64,000 nucleotides of DNA, from the NCBI RefSeq assembly GCF_009914755.1, contig NC_060935.1; one strand, given 5' to 3'. This DNA is from the human T2T-CHM13v2.0 reference genome, Homo sapiens. The notes beneath the pieces were generated by a model. It saw only the letters and a list, made by a program, of their open reading frames with translations. It was not told the DNA's origin and made no database searches. The position numbers were made by a program, and so were the translations under genes. Of the stretch, positions 1 to 13,216 are shown in pieces (the stretch's first letter is position 1; every line of letters begins with the position of its first letter).

Positions 1-1244
1 GATGTTTTTAGCTTTTTCCTTGTTTGTGTAGGCTTTGATTTTGTGGGATTTCTTTGTCATCATAAAAACGGCCTAACTGGGGCCACCTATTGTGAGCTTG
101 TTTTGGAGGACATGTCAGTAAAACAAAGTTCCACTCCCCCTCTGATTAGATGCCTTCTGAAAGCTGCTGAAATGCAAATGTGAAAAGAGTTTTGATTTTC
201 TAATAAACTTTTTATTGCTTATTTTCAAAATCATTTGCCATTTTGTACAATGTAATGAAAATTAAAATTGGCTATGGAAGCCACTTAGACCTCAAGAGCT
301 TTCAAATTGTTCACCTACTTAAAACAATATGGGAAGAATTTAAGTATTTTTTTAAAGAAAGGCTTGCCAAAATTCTATATTGTTCATGTTTATCTTATTG
401 TTTTATGAGTTTTCTTAATAGCAATGTAAGAAATTACTCTTATGACTTCATGTTCATCTTCCAATTTTTATGTTTCATAATCATGATTATAAGGCATATT
501 CTTATGATTTCTAGTTTTTCAATTAGAAATAAGTAACAAAGATGTTACAATTTAGTCAGTAGTTGTGATATTCAAAGAACTGTGCTAGGCACTTTCATGT
601 ATTTTAACTCATTTAACAATCGACATGTTACCAACATGTGAATAAGTACTATTCATATTGTCAAGGGAGGAAACTGGCTGAAATAGGGTAAACACCTTCC
701 CAAGTTTACATGTCTGCTCAGTAGTTTAGGCAATTTATCTTGGATTTGAGTTTAGTTATTCCTAGGTGCTTCTTATTATAAATTTGTTATATTTTACTCA
801 ATTATGTTGAAGTGTAATAACCAACTCCTTGCTACTCAATAGTTTTGATTTAGCTGTTGTCATCATTTTGTTTAATATTGTAATGCATACCTTGGTTCAT
901 ATACCATTTTATTTATCTGAAGTTATTTTCCAGGAGTAGGTTCTCTGGGTAAAAGCACATGAATACTTTTATAACTTTTCTAATGGACTGCCACAGAGCT
1001 TTTGAAAAGGGTTGTGTGGACTTAAAAATGCAAAGAAAAGAGTCTAAAAAACAGGACATCAGAAAGAATAAATGAGAAAATTAAAAGATAAATAACTTAG
1101 AAGAAAGAAGACATGCTGCAATTATCTTTGAGGGGAACTGAAGAGCCTTATTTAAGTTAGAGCCTTAACTTCATGTGAATTTAACATGGCATAGGCTGTG
1201 ATATTAAGTGCATGAAGGATTTGAGAAAATTTTTAACATATGTG

Positions 1245-1420
1245 GGATCTCAAGTCAGACTCTATGAATTTGATTCCTGGTTCAATCTCTCACTAGCTGT
1301 ATAACCTTCTGTGAGTTATCCTACCTCTGTGTGCCCCAGTTTTATCATTGTTAAAATGCATGTAATAATAGTACTTTCCTCAGCATGTCCTGAAGAGTAA
1401 ATCTAAAGCCTTTACAGTAG
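1245..1420 (+). mobile_element. MIR SINE fragment
   Basis: Core motif ...ctctgtgtgccccagttttatcattgttaaaatg...taataatagtac. Confidence 0.65.
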
Positions 1421-2134
1421 TGCATAAATATTATTATTTCACAAGTTCTCATAGAGTATGTTAACTCAACATGTTACCTGTTTTAAGAAAGAAAGATAAA
1501 AATATAACCACACATTTTGTTTTTCAATAATAATTTTGCAAACCATGAATAGTAATGTACCTATTTAATAAAATGATATTATGATAAATGTACTTTTAAG
1601 ACAGAGAAACATTTGGGGACTAGAAGTATTAATCATGCAAGTACATAGACTTCTATCTCATAAACAAAAGTTGGCTATTAAAGCACCTATGATGTGGTAC
1701 TGGGCTTGAACCCAGTGCATATCCTTGGCCAAGAGTCCCTATCAGGATAAACTCCTCTGAGCTAGAGAGTGTTGGTTCATTTTTAATCATTCACTCATTC
1801 ATTCAAGGAACAAGTCTTTATAGAACACCTACTCTGTCTTGGCACTTTGCTAGAGATACAAATGTTAATAAGATTTAGTTTCTATTCACAGTGAAATCAC
1901 AGTACTCTGAGAAAAAAGCCTATGAGCAAATCATTGCAAAATTATAAATACCATCATAAAGGAATATTCCATGTCTTATAGAAGTAATATAATTAATACT
2001 GCAGGGGTACAGTATCATCAGGGGAGCTATAGAAGATTTCAAAGAAAAGCTAATAATTGAATGGTATTCCTGGAAGTTCACAAGGTAGATGAGGTGATCG
2101 ATAATCTGAGCAAAATGATAACATGAGCAAAGGT

Positions 2135-2360
2135 AAGTGCCGACAAGCTATGGCTAATGGGCTAAATCCTGCCTGGCAGTTGTTTTTGTAAATGAAGCTT
2201 TATTGAAACACAGCCAAACTCATTCATTTACATTACATATCGTCTATTGATGTTTTAATGCTACAATGGTAGAGCTAAGTAGTTGCAACGGCAACCATAT
2301 GGCCCAAAGCCTACAGTATTTACTATCTTGCCTTTGATTGAAAAAGTCTGCTGACCCCTG
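2135..2360 (+). mobile_element. MER58A (hAT-Charlie MITE)
   Basis: tttttgtaaatgaagctttattgaaacacagcc...gagctaagtagttgcaac...aaaagtctgctgacccctg terminus. Confidence 0.8.
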
Positions 2361-2683
2361 GCATAAACCAAATCAGAAAAATTCAGATTAGGTGAAGATA
2401 GATCAATGTAGATAAAAAATCATGAAAAAGAGCTTCACCTTAACAACTGAGAAAACAATAGTTGATTAGGGTTTTTGTTATTCTACTGTTTTGCCAGTTT
2501 ATTTTAAAGATATAAAGTGCTTTGGTGCAGATATGTAGATATAGATATAGTAACAGACATACATACACACACAGACACACACTGAATTATATGAATAAGG
2601 TATGTGGGATTTTAAATATTTTTTCTGCCAGAAAATCTACAAATTTCCTAGATTTTTGTTTTATTGATCTTTTTATTCCCTAC

Positions 2684-3036
2684 TGTATCAGTCAATTTTC
2701 ACGCTGCTGATATAGACATACCTGAGAGGTGGCAACTTACAAAAGAAAGAGGTTTAACTGGACTCACAGCTGCACGTGGCTGGGGAGGCCTCACAATCTT
2801 GGAGGAAGGCAAGGAGAACAAATCACATCTTACATGGATGGTGGCAGGAAGAGAGAGAATTCGTGGAGGGAAACTCCACCTTATGAAGCCATCAGATCTC
2901 ATGAGACTTATTCAGTATCACGAGAATAGGATGGGAAAGACCTTCTCCCGTGATTCAATTACCTCCCACTGGTCCCTCCCACAACACGCGGGAATTCAAG
3001 ATGAGATTTGGGTGGGGACACAGCCAAACCATATCA
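2684..3036 (-). mobile_element. THE1 (MaLR) solo LTR
   Basis: ~353 bp; reverse strand begins TGATATGGTTTGGCTGTGTCCCCACCC and ends ...CA. Confidence 0.9.
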
Positions 3037-3676
3037 CTCACTGTTGCCATTAAGTGTCCTTCCTATGGAACACCCATCTCTTTGTAAGCTCAGGAACCCA
3101 ACCCTTCTGAAATTCCTGAGTTTTTATTTCACTAATTTTCCTCATTCTTCCCTGTGTCTTCAACCCTTCCCATACTGTAGGGTCCTTAATGCTTCAGCAT
3201 TCAGATATGCTTAACTTAAAAAAGAAAAATCACTCTCCATTAATAGCACATGAGCTAAAATAAGTTATGCACAGGTGAGAGTTTCTTTGACCAAGAAAGG
3301 CCAAAATAAAAAAAAGCTGAGTTTCCACTCAGCTTTTGCCCTATTTCTTTCTATAGCCAAGCTTCTTAATAAGGCTGATTATATTTGTGGTCTTTACTGC
3401 TATGTCTTTTACTGACTACTTAACACACTTCAATTTGTTTTCTGTTCTGCCTCTCTATGGAAACTTTCCTTACCATGGTCACCAAAGGTGTCTATACTGA
3501 CAAATTAGATGACATTTTTGGTACTCATTTAACTTGATTCTCTCTTCTACATAAACACTCTTTCCTTATGGTTTCTAAGCAGTAACTCACCTGTAGGCAT
3601 TTTCTTCCTGTCTGCTTTTTCTTTCTTGGCATTTCCAAAAGGTTCAACTCTTCTATCTCTAGATGTTGAAGGTTTT

Positions 3677-5044
3677 TCAGTTTGGGTTCTCTAAGGCAGA
3701 TGTTTGCATGCAGGTAGTTTTTAGAAAGTGTTTGTAAAATTTGTTCTCACTCATAAGTAGGAGCTAAATAATGTGTACATATGGACGCAGAGTTTGGAAT
3801 GATGGACAATGAGGAATCCACGGGGTGGAGGAGTGGGAGGAGGATGGACAATGGCAGGTTTCTTGGTGGGTACAATGCACATTGCTCCAGTAATGAATGC
3901 ACTGAAGGCTCTGACTTCACCACAATGAACTATGTCAATGTAGCAAAAATTGCACTTCTATTCCATGATTATAAATAAATAAAAATTCAAATAAAGGAAA
4001 TAATAAAAGAAGAAAAGGAAAAATGCTTGCAGAACTAATATCTCTAATGGCGTAAGAGAAGTATGGAGTGAAAGGAAGAGAAAAAGCAATGTAGTAGAGG
4101 CTTCAGCCTACCCTATGGGGAGCTCTGCAGCTAGGAGAAATATGAATATATATACAAACATATAAACATACATATAAGCATATGTATAAACTTTTTATAA
4201 GAAATTTGTCTCACATAATTATAGGGGTTGACTAAACCAGTCTGAATTTTGTAGAACAAACAGGAAGGGAAGATAAGCTGACTGAAACTAGAACCTCAAG
4301 GACATGAGCTAATGCACAGGTGAGAGTTTCTTTGACAAAGAAAGGTCAAAACCCTTTTTAAAAGACTTTCCAATGGATTAAGCTCCACATTTCAGCTTAA
4401 ATTGTAGATCCCTTGGGTTCACAATTCATTTTAGTCACCCCTAAACTTTCATTGTCATTTTTCAGCATCAATGTATCAATAGCACTCAACAAAAGCCACT
4501 TCCTTTGAACTTCCCAAATCCCTAAATTATGCTTTAGTTACAGGTGCATTCAATTCTTCTATAAGCCCATTCTAGTTAATACTGATAAAGTTTTTAACAA
4601 TTGCCCACTATGTCATGCTAGGAGCTATCCGTATTTCAACTACTACTAGTGATGGAGTTTTCATTGCCAATTAACTGGTGGATAATCCAGCAGCAAAATC
4701 CTATTTCAGAGAATGCTTCCTAAGACTACTTTGGGCACCAGTAGTCTTCAGGTTCCCCAGAAGTCTCAGGTGATCCAACAGCTATCTGCAGTTGGGATGG
4801 TCTTTTAGAACTGTCCCACATCAAAGCCAGGAGCTTCAGTATTTGTTTTCCCACATTGTCTAGTCATTGCATTTGAGCTGCCCCAGGCAAGAGACTCAGG
4901 CCAGAGACTCCCTTCTGTGAGCACAGTTCTTGAAGAGGGACTCAGCTATGAGCAATCAGCAGCCAACAGTAACAGTAGCTGGGGGAAATGAATGCTTTGG
5001 TCCTTAAGGAACAATCTGTTCAGTACAGCAGAGCATCCACTACA
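3677..5044 (-). mobile_element. LTR16-family (ERVL) LTR split by later insertions
   Basis: Pieces at ~3677-3740, ~4020-4133 and ~4786-5044 (ends gagcatccactaca); interrupted by an L1 3' fragment and an MLT2/ERVL-like piece. Confidence 0.6.
3741..4020 (+). mobile_element. Old L1 (L1MA-type) 3' end
   Basis: tgttctcactcataagtaggagctaa...gacttcaccacaatg...A-rich tail. Confidence 0.8.
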
Positions 5045-5284
5045 CGTGGATGATCTTATCACTCTCATCTTTCTATTCTACTTCCTGCTAAAGTATTCTT
5101 TTCTAAAATTCCAGAATTGTTGATGACTCCCAAGTTTATATCTCTAGTCCAAGCTTCATCTTAGAGCTTCTGATTGATATATCCAATTGCTTATTTAAAA
5201 ATTTACTTAAATATTTTACAGGAATTAAAACTGAACACATCTAAAAGTGAACTCTTACTATCATCCTAAATATCAATTCTCAGT

Positions 5285-5607
5285 GAAGTAATGTCTTTTG
5301 TAGCAACATGGATGGAGGTTATTATTCTAAGTGAAATAACTCAGGAACAAACCAAATACCATATGCTCTCACTAATAAATGACAGCTAAGCCATATGCTA
5401 TGCAAAGGCATACAGAGTGGTGTAATGGACATTTGAAACTCAGAAGGTGGAAGGATGGGAACAGGGTGAGGGATAAAAAAGTTACCTGTTGGGTATAACG
5501 TATACTATTTGGGTGAGGGGTACACTTAAAACCCAGACTTCACCATTATACAATTTATCCATGTAATCAAAAACTACTTGTACCCCTAAAAATTATTGAA
5601 AAAAATT
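5285..5607 (+). mobile_element. Old L1 (L1PB/L1MA-type) 3' end inserted in an L2 remnant
   Basis: gcaacatggatggagg...aagtgaaataactcagg...tgtacccctaaaa...A tail. Confidence 0.8.
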
Positions 5608-8600
5608 ACTTTCTCATCCAAACTTCCACAACTTAATAAATGGCACCTGTACCCAGGTTATTTCTCATGCAATAATCTTGGAAGTCTTCTCAGATATAGT
5701 TTCCCACACATCTAATCTATTTGCAGTAGTCCTATTTCTGCCTGCAATATGCAATCACTTTGGCATGTCTCTACTTCATTCTAACGTGCCCTCACTGTCA
5801 CATCACAGCAATCTCTCTATTTCAGTTCTAGACTAAGTCATAATCTTCTGTTGTTGAAACTACTGCAATAGCCACTTAACTTAATTCTAACTCCCCCACT
5901 TGCCTTCTTCTAATCCACAGAGCAATTAAAGTGACCATTTAAAAAGATGCTTATAACACTTCAGAAGCTTAATATTTCTCTCCAGTTAAATTCCAAATCC
6001 TCAACAAAGACCTCCTGTTTTAGCCCCTGCCTGCCTTTCCAGTTTTATTTCATGCTATTCTGCAACTTACTTCCAGTACTTTGGCAAGTAAATTCAATGA
6101 ATCCGTTTCCACTAGATAATAAATTTCATGAAGATAAATTCTGCATTAATTTTGAGAAATTATATTCCCAATGTCTGGTCCATAGTAAGAATAGGATAAA
6201 TATTAAACGGAAGAATGACAGTGAAACTCATCAAAAATTAAATCTAAGCAAATAGAGAAAAGTAAAAACAGAATAAACATATTTTATGCTTAACAAACAA
6301 TAAGATCTAGCCCTCACTTCAGTAAGTCAAGGACTTCCAAAAAGTGAAGATTGCTGATAGCTCTGAAAGAAGTCCAGGTTGCATTAAACTAGGTAATACT
6401 TCAACTAAAAGGAAATACAGAACTCAAACTGGTAAACATGGTGACACTGAGAAGTGGGAACTACTTATAGAAAAATCCTCAGTACGAGTTGAAGGCATGC
6501 TGATGTGATAAATCTTTCAGTGACTCTAAAAGACAATGTTCTTAGATGGAGATGGTGAACATTTCCATCAGAGCTTCCATAGCATGATAGATCATAAAGA
6601 AAAGTTATTAATAATAGGCAATACTGGAATAATTCATAAAAATAGTTTGGTTCAAAAAAATTATTTTCAGATATCAATGGACGAAACATGAGTTGAAATT
6701 AGAATACCAGGCTAAGATATGTGGGGCTACAGAAGTAACTAGAAAGAAGTTCTGGCCCTTAAGATGGTTTCAGCCTAGGAAGAAATATAAGAAATATTTA
6801 TACTCCCAACCTATAAAAATATGATAGATTTGGCTTAGGGCTATAGAAGAAGAGTTATGAAAGATGAAAGATTTTATGGACTTAATACTTAGGGAGGATT
6901 TTATAATATGTATCAAGATCTGGGTATTTTACATATTTGATCTCATTGCATTGTCACTAAAATTTTGTGAATTTATTATTATCGTCACTTGCAAGATAAA
7001 GAAACTGATATGCTAAGAGGCTTAGTAGCATGCCCAAAGTCATACTGCCACTATGAAATTGAGATCCAAACCTACGGCTTTAAGTTCATAGATTTTCCAA
7101 TATACCGTGTTGGTATAGATTACCGCCAGGTGTGTGTGATTGTTTAATGTGTGTATATGTATCTGGTAGTAGCATCAAGGAAAAATCAAGGAAATAATTA
7201 CATTTAAACTGATCTTTCTAGTTATTCAAATGACTGGTATATCTTAAATCAAGGTTTGAAGGCCAACACCAAAAGAGTGTGTTGAGAATTTTAAGTTTGT
7301 GTCCTTTGATAATAATGTAGCTTTTCTAGAAAAGAAACCCTGCTCTCCTGCCCGTCAAACAACTACAGGTCACCGGGGTGTGCATCTTGTAAAACTTCAT
7401 TAAGGTACATACTTAGCTGATGCCTAAAAATATTTTGAGTGTAGGCACAGACATTAAGTAAAAAAGAAGACCAGGAGCTATAGATATTAAAATTTTTATG
7501 AAAAGCATTTACAAGTACCCATGGAAAAAACCTTTTTTATTGCTAGTAGTCTAATGTTAGTAGTCTTGAATTTAATGCTGCTCTATATTAGGAAATGAAT
7601 TAACTAGCTGGTGTTAAATTATCTCTAAAACTAGGATGGTGGCCATGGAAGGAGAAAAGGACAGATGTGAGAAACCTCAAAATGAGAAAATTAAGAGGAC
7701 TTAGTGACATAAATAATAGAGAGGAAAAATCAAAATTCACATTCAACTTGAAAGTCTGTTTTTTCCCTAAGTTTTCTTTTTTTTTTAACTAGACCAATAA
7801 CTAGTCTTTTCTCTAAATAGACTATTACCTAATTTTTAAGTACTAAAAAGTAACGTGTTGATCATATACATAATTAACTGTTTCTATTTAGTTTTTCTTT
7901 ATAATATTTTTAAGGAAAACTATTAAGATTCTTTTTATGGTTCTAAGTACCCCTAACAATACTCAATATTTCCTATTAGGCATGGCTTTTAGGTATAACA
8001 ACACAATGAGAATTACATTTAATTTACCAGTTACTGAGAACTTATTGAAAATCAGAAATTTTGCTAGAACTCAGGGGTGAAAAGATGATTAAGACTCTAA
8101 AACCATGTACTACTTTGAAGAAACGCACACTTACTGGAGGTGACAGGCAAGCTGATAAATACCTATGAAATTATAATGAAAATGTAATCACTTCTGAAAA
8201 ATATTTTAAAAACACACTTTCGTAAATAAGTTCATAATATAGAAAAAATAAATTATCCATAGTTCACTACATTATTTCCTCAGGTTGGCCCAATTTCTTT
8301 CATAATTATTATAATAGATGCCTTTCTATCTTTTCTATGTTAGACATAATTCAATCACTATTACTATATAATTGACATATAGTTGTCATATACACACTGG
8401 ACATGAGTATATTATTTCAATTTTAATAAGGAGGACACTTGAAGAACAGAGAACTTCTCAAAGTCACACAACTAGTAAAATGGAGAGACCAGGACTTTTA
8501 ATCATACATTCCTGATTTTACATCCTCATCCTTCGTGCTATCCATACTATTTCCTTGACTTTCAAATTCATCTTTGTCTAATTAGTAAAATTATCATTAT

Positions 8601-9774
8601 TAATAGCATTTAGAATTTACTTTGTGACCCTAGACGCCTTACATCTTATTGACTCATGTAACCCTCATTCTACAGATAAAAAAACTAAAGCTGATAATCA
8701 TTTTTAAAACATCGTCCAAGGTAACAGAGCTCACACTGATGCAGGCAGGATTTTAACTCTAGCAGTATGACTTTACATTTTAGAGAGTTTGTCTCAGAAG
8801 AAACTGTAACCACCACATTATATGGTCAGTTCTGGAATTCAATAGGTCCAGAAAGATATCAATCTATAAAGTCAATTAAAAGAAATCATCAGCCATCATC
8901 TTGACAGAAACCTAAAAGCTCCTGGACAAGCAATTGAAGCAGCATCACTGTGTCATGTATTGACCTTAAAATTGCTGTCTCCGGTAAACCGTTTATTCTG
9001 AATTTAAAAAAATAAAGACTGGAAGAAAAACTCATCACTGGTAGTATATAAAAACATCATAAAGAACAGGTGATGAGGTATATTCTATTTTTCCTAGGAA
9101 TATAACCTGTTGTCTAGGTTAAGGTTGGAATCATGAGATTCAATGAAATGAGATAGATTGGAGAATGCAGGAAAGATTACTAAGACAAGAAAGAAGACTT
9201 TGGAAAAGCTAATTCTACCAACACAGATGACATCTACCACAATCCACTTTGGAAAAAGATGGGAGGAGATGGGTTGAGTAGAAAAATGAGCAGAGAAAAA
9301 AGCAAGGAATATTAGGGCTTTGGTGATATTATAATGTTTTAACTCTGCCCTGCCAATCACCTCTGTTTTGTGTTAGGGAACTGACAGAGGAATATACAGT
9401 AAACAATATGCAAAGGGGAGAGAAGGTTCTATTAACAGCGATGTCAGTGACTAACTTTAGTTTGGGGTTCTCTGCTAAAGCTAGGTTGGTGCACAAGACT
9501 TAAGCAATAGTCTCAAGTGAAACTTTCAATGGTTAGAAAAAAATGACTCCAAATCTGGGGCACTTACCACCCTTAGTCTATCAAATTGTGAAAGGAAGGC
9601 AAAGAGAGAAAAGAAGTACAACAAAGATGAAAGCAACCTCATTGACAGTCTAGCATATGTATGGCATAGAAGAAATGGAAGAGAGAATGAGAATATGGGA
9701 TAAGGTCCTGCATCCACTTTTCTCCCAGGGACAAAAGACAATGAGAGATGAAGGTACTAAGAGGCACGCAAACT

Positions 9775-10323
9775 GTGTCGGGGTGCCCAGTATCACCTAG
9801 GTTTACTAATTCTCTAAGGATACTCAAGATCTCAGTATAGTTTTACTCACAGCTATGATTTACTACAATGAAAGAATACAAAGCGAAATCAGCAAAGGGA
9901 TAAAGTGTGTGGGGTGAAGTCCAGGGGAAATCAGGCACAAGCTTCCAAGAGTCCTCTTCAGTAGAGTCGCACAGGAGACACTTAATTCCTCCAGCAACAA
10001 GTTGTGACATGCATGAAGTGTTGTCTATAAAGGAAGTTCTTTTAGACACTCAGTGCCCAAGGTTTTTATTGGAGGTTCATCACATAGGCATCTTGCCCAG
10101 CACTTATCAAAGTTCCAGAGTCCCAGAAAAAAAGGTGTTCAGTATAAACCTTATTGTTTGCACAAAAGTTTTGTAATATTCAGTCATTGTTATCATTTAG
10201 GGTAATCAGAATTGTCCTGAAATTTCAAGTTCCCAAATGCCAGCCAAGAGACAAGCTTGCAAGCACACTTTTCTAAGAAGGATATCAGTCTCAGGCCTGG
10301 TGTATTAATTTTTTTCTGCACAC
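9775..10323 (-). mobile_element. MER21/MER77-family ERVL LTR
   Basis: Reverse strand starts TGTGCAGAAAAAAAATTAATACACCAGGCCTGAGACTG; internal aaatcagcaaagggataaag motif. Confidence 0.65.
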
Positions 10324-10602
10324 AGATATATGTGTAATCCTTTACACACAAGAATCATAGCTATTAATAAATGTGGACCAATAAAAATTTCACACCCTGT
10401 CCAAATTATTATTCTCTATTCTTGAAGGCAGAAGAAAGAAAGGGACGAGAGGAAAGGCCGACCAATCAAAATAGAAAAGCATCTCTGTCTCCTACAGAAA
10501 TGCCGAAGTTGGTTCAAAACCAGTAAGTGAAGAATAAAAACTAAAGATATAAAAAGTCGCAGAATCTTCCTTCCCATTTACCACATCTAGAAAAAATAGA
10601 TA

Positions 10603-10862
10603 CTGTCAAGCCTCATTATATGCAGATTCCATATTTGCAAATCACCTGCTTGCTAAAAATTTTTGTGACCCCCCAAATTAATACCTGCTGCACTTTCATG
10701 GTTATTTGCAGCCATGAGCAGAGCAGCCAAACATTTGTCTCTCCAGGCTGACATTCCCAGCTGAGCCCCAAGTGTAGTGAAGTTTTGTTTAGTGTTCCTA
10801 AGGACCTCCCATTAAAGTCTTTTGTCAGAATAAAACAAAAAGTCTATCTCCTTGTCTTGTGG

Positions 10863-10901
<39 letters not shown>

Positions 10902-11132
10902 TAGATAAACTTTGTCCAGGGATGAGTTCAATGTTAGTTAATCAACAATATATATTAAATAAGGTGTCTTTAAAAAGAATCACACATATACAAGGTTATA
11001 TATTAAAAGGTTGATGGAAATTTGATCATAGGTTCACGGGAGCCTATCTGAGAGTAATGGTTTGTTATTCACTAATTCAGTCTGTGTGGCAACTTTATAG
11101 AACAAAACTACCATAAATAATGAGAATTGACT
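10603..11132. mobile_element. TcMar-Tigger MITE (MER82-like) with internal insertion and (TA)n at 10868-10898
   Basis: Inverted ends cctcattatatg / cataaataatgagaattgact; internal gagttcaatgttagttaatcaacaatatatattaaataaggtgtc. Confidence 0.6.
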
Positions 11133-12812
11133 CCACTTCAAACATCACTTCATACACAAAGAACCACTATCTACCATAAAGTCACCGGGTTCTGCAGCAC
11201 ATTGTGCATGTCAGTGAGCTATAGCAACCATGGGCACAGAAGGGGCTGTGACTGGGCAGGGCCAGTGCCTCAATGACTCCTCTGAGCCCTGGGGCAGAGA
11301 AAAACTCAGAATCAAGGATAATAGGCTAATTCAAGCGCTGAATTGGGAACAGACAAACTCAGAGCTTGGATTAATTAAAAAACCCAAACAAATAGGTTTT
11401 TGCCAATTGTGGCAGTGAACTTTGGGTCTTAAAGTCTGTAGCTGGGTTATTAACCAACAGGGAAAAACAAGGTTCAAGGTTAAAGTTAGGTTCCAGGAAA
11501 TAGGTGAGGAAAAGAGTTTATATTAGAAAACAAAACAAAAGATGTAGTCATAGTACAACTTCAAGGTATAGCTGTGGCTCTCAGGGCTCTGTCTGTCTGT
11601 TAGCTCTAATTTGAAGCACTCTTCTTGTTACTGGTAGATAAGGGTTAAAGGGAAGGGGCAACTGCCCCAAAAGACAAGGCTTAACAATGCCCACAAGGTC
11701 ATAATATATATTACTAGATATTTTGTTTCAATCTGCTTTGGAAAACAGGTATAAGGTAACTATGACCTCAATATTTCCCAAGTGTCCCATTAGATATTTA
11801 AAATAAATAACTAAACAAACCACTTCCTACGATCACTGTAAGAGAAAACCAAGGCACAGAGGCTGCTATTTAAAAATCTTGAAATCTGAGTTTATTTACC
11901 AGTCAAAACCTCCATTAAAGTATTTTATCAAAATAAAACACAAATTTAATTTCAGAAATCACCTTGTGAAAATGCATGTGCATTTGGAATCTGTCATAAT
12001 TAGCAGTTACTCTAAGTGTATTTTTTCACACTATATTTGGGTCTATATCTAAAATGCAAAGCCAATTATGGCATGTATGCTTACATCTCCCAGTTGATTA
12101 CACATTTATCAGCAAGCTGCAAACTTGGCCTCTGCAACACAAGCCACTTGTAAAGATTTCTCAGAGATTTTCTTGCCTAATAAAAAGTCTGATGAGAAAC
12201 TTTTACTGTCACACATTTTCATATTTTTTAGCCCTAGCAGACACATTCCTGACAGGTGAATCAATATGAATAAGGGAAGACATTACAGAGAAACTGTTAG
12301 TCTTCAGAATTGAGATTTGCATCAATGCCTCTCTGATTTGTGCATCCTTCAAATATTTTTTCCCCAATTATCTTTTGTGTTATTCTCTCGCTGGCTGCTG
12401 CTGACGAGTAATTTTACAACACTTGTGCTATTAAAGCATACACTCATGACCCCATTGTGACACAAAGCAAATAGTGCACATAGCGAATGCAAGCACATAA
12501 CTACTAATCTTGCCTTTTAAATGCATTTGAACTTGACCTATTGAAATACCCATTACAGAATGTATGACAGCTTGGTGAAATACATGGGGCAAGACACCAT
12601 CTCAGGAAAGCAGACTCTTTGAAAATAAATCACTTGAAAGACTGCAATATGGTAGGAATTGATTGAGAAAAATGCAGTACCACATAGTGAAGTAACCTGC
12701 TTAAACCCTACAAAACAAGTCACTACTTCTAAAAGCTCTGTAAGTTAGAGCTCAGTGGCATCTAATTTAATCCATAAATGACTCTAAAAGAAAATAATGG
12801 CTAATAATTTAA

Positions 12813-13216
<404 letters not shown>

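Noticed and set aside
2664-3053. 129-aa ORF
   Set aside because: Lies across the THE1 LTR
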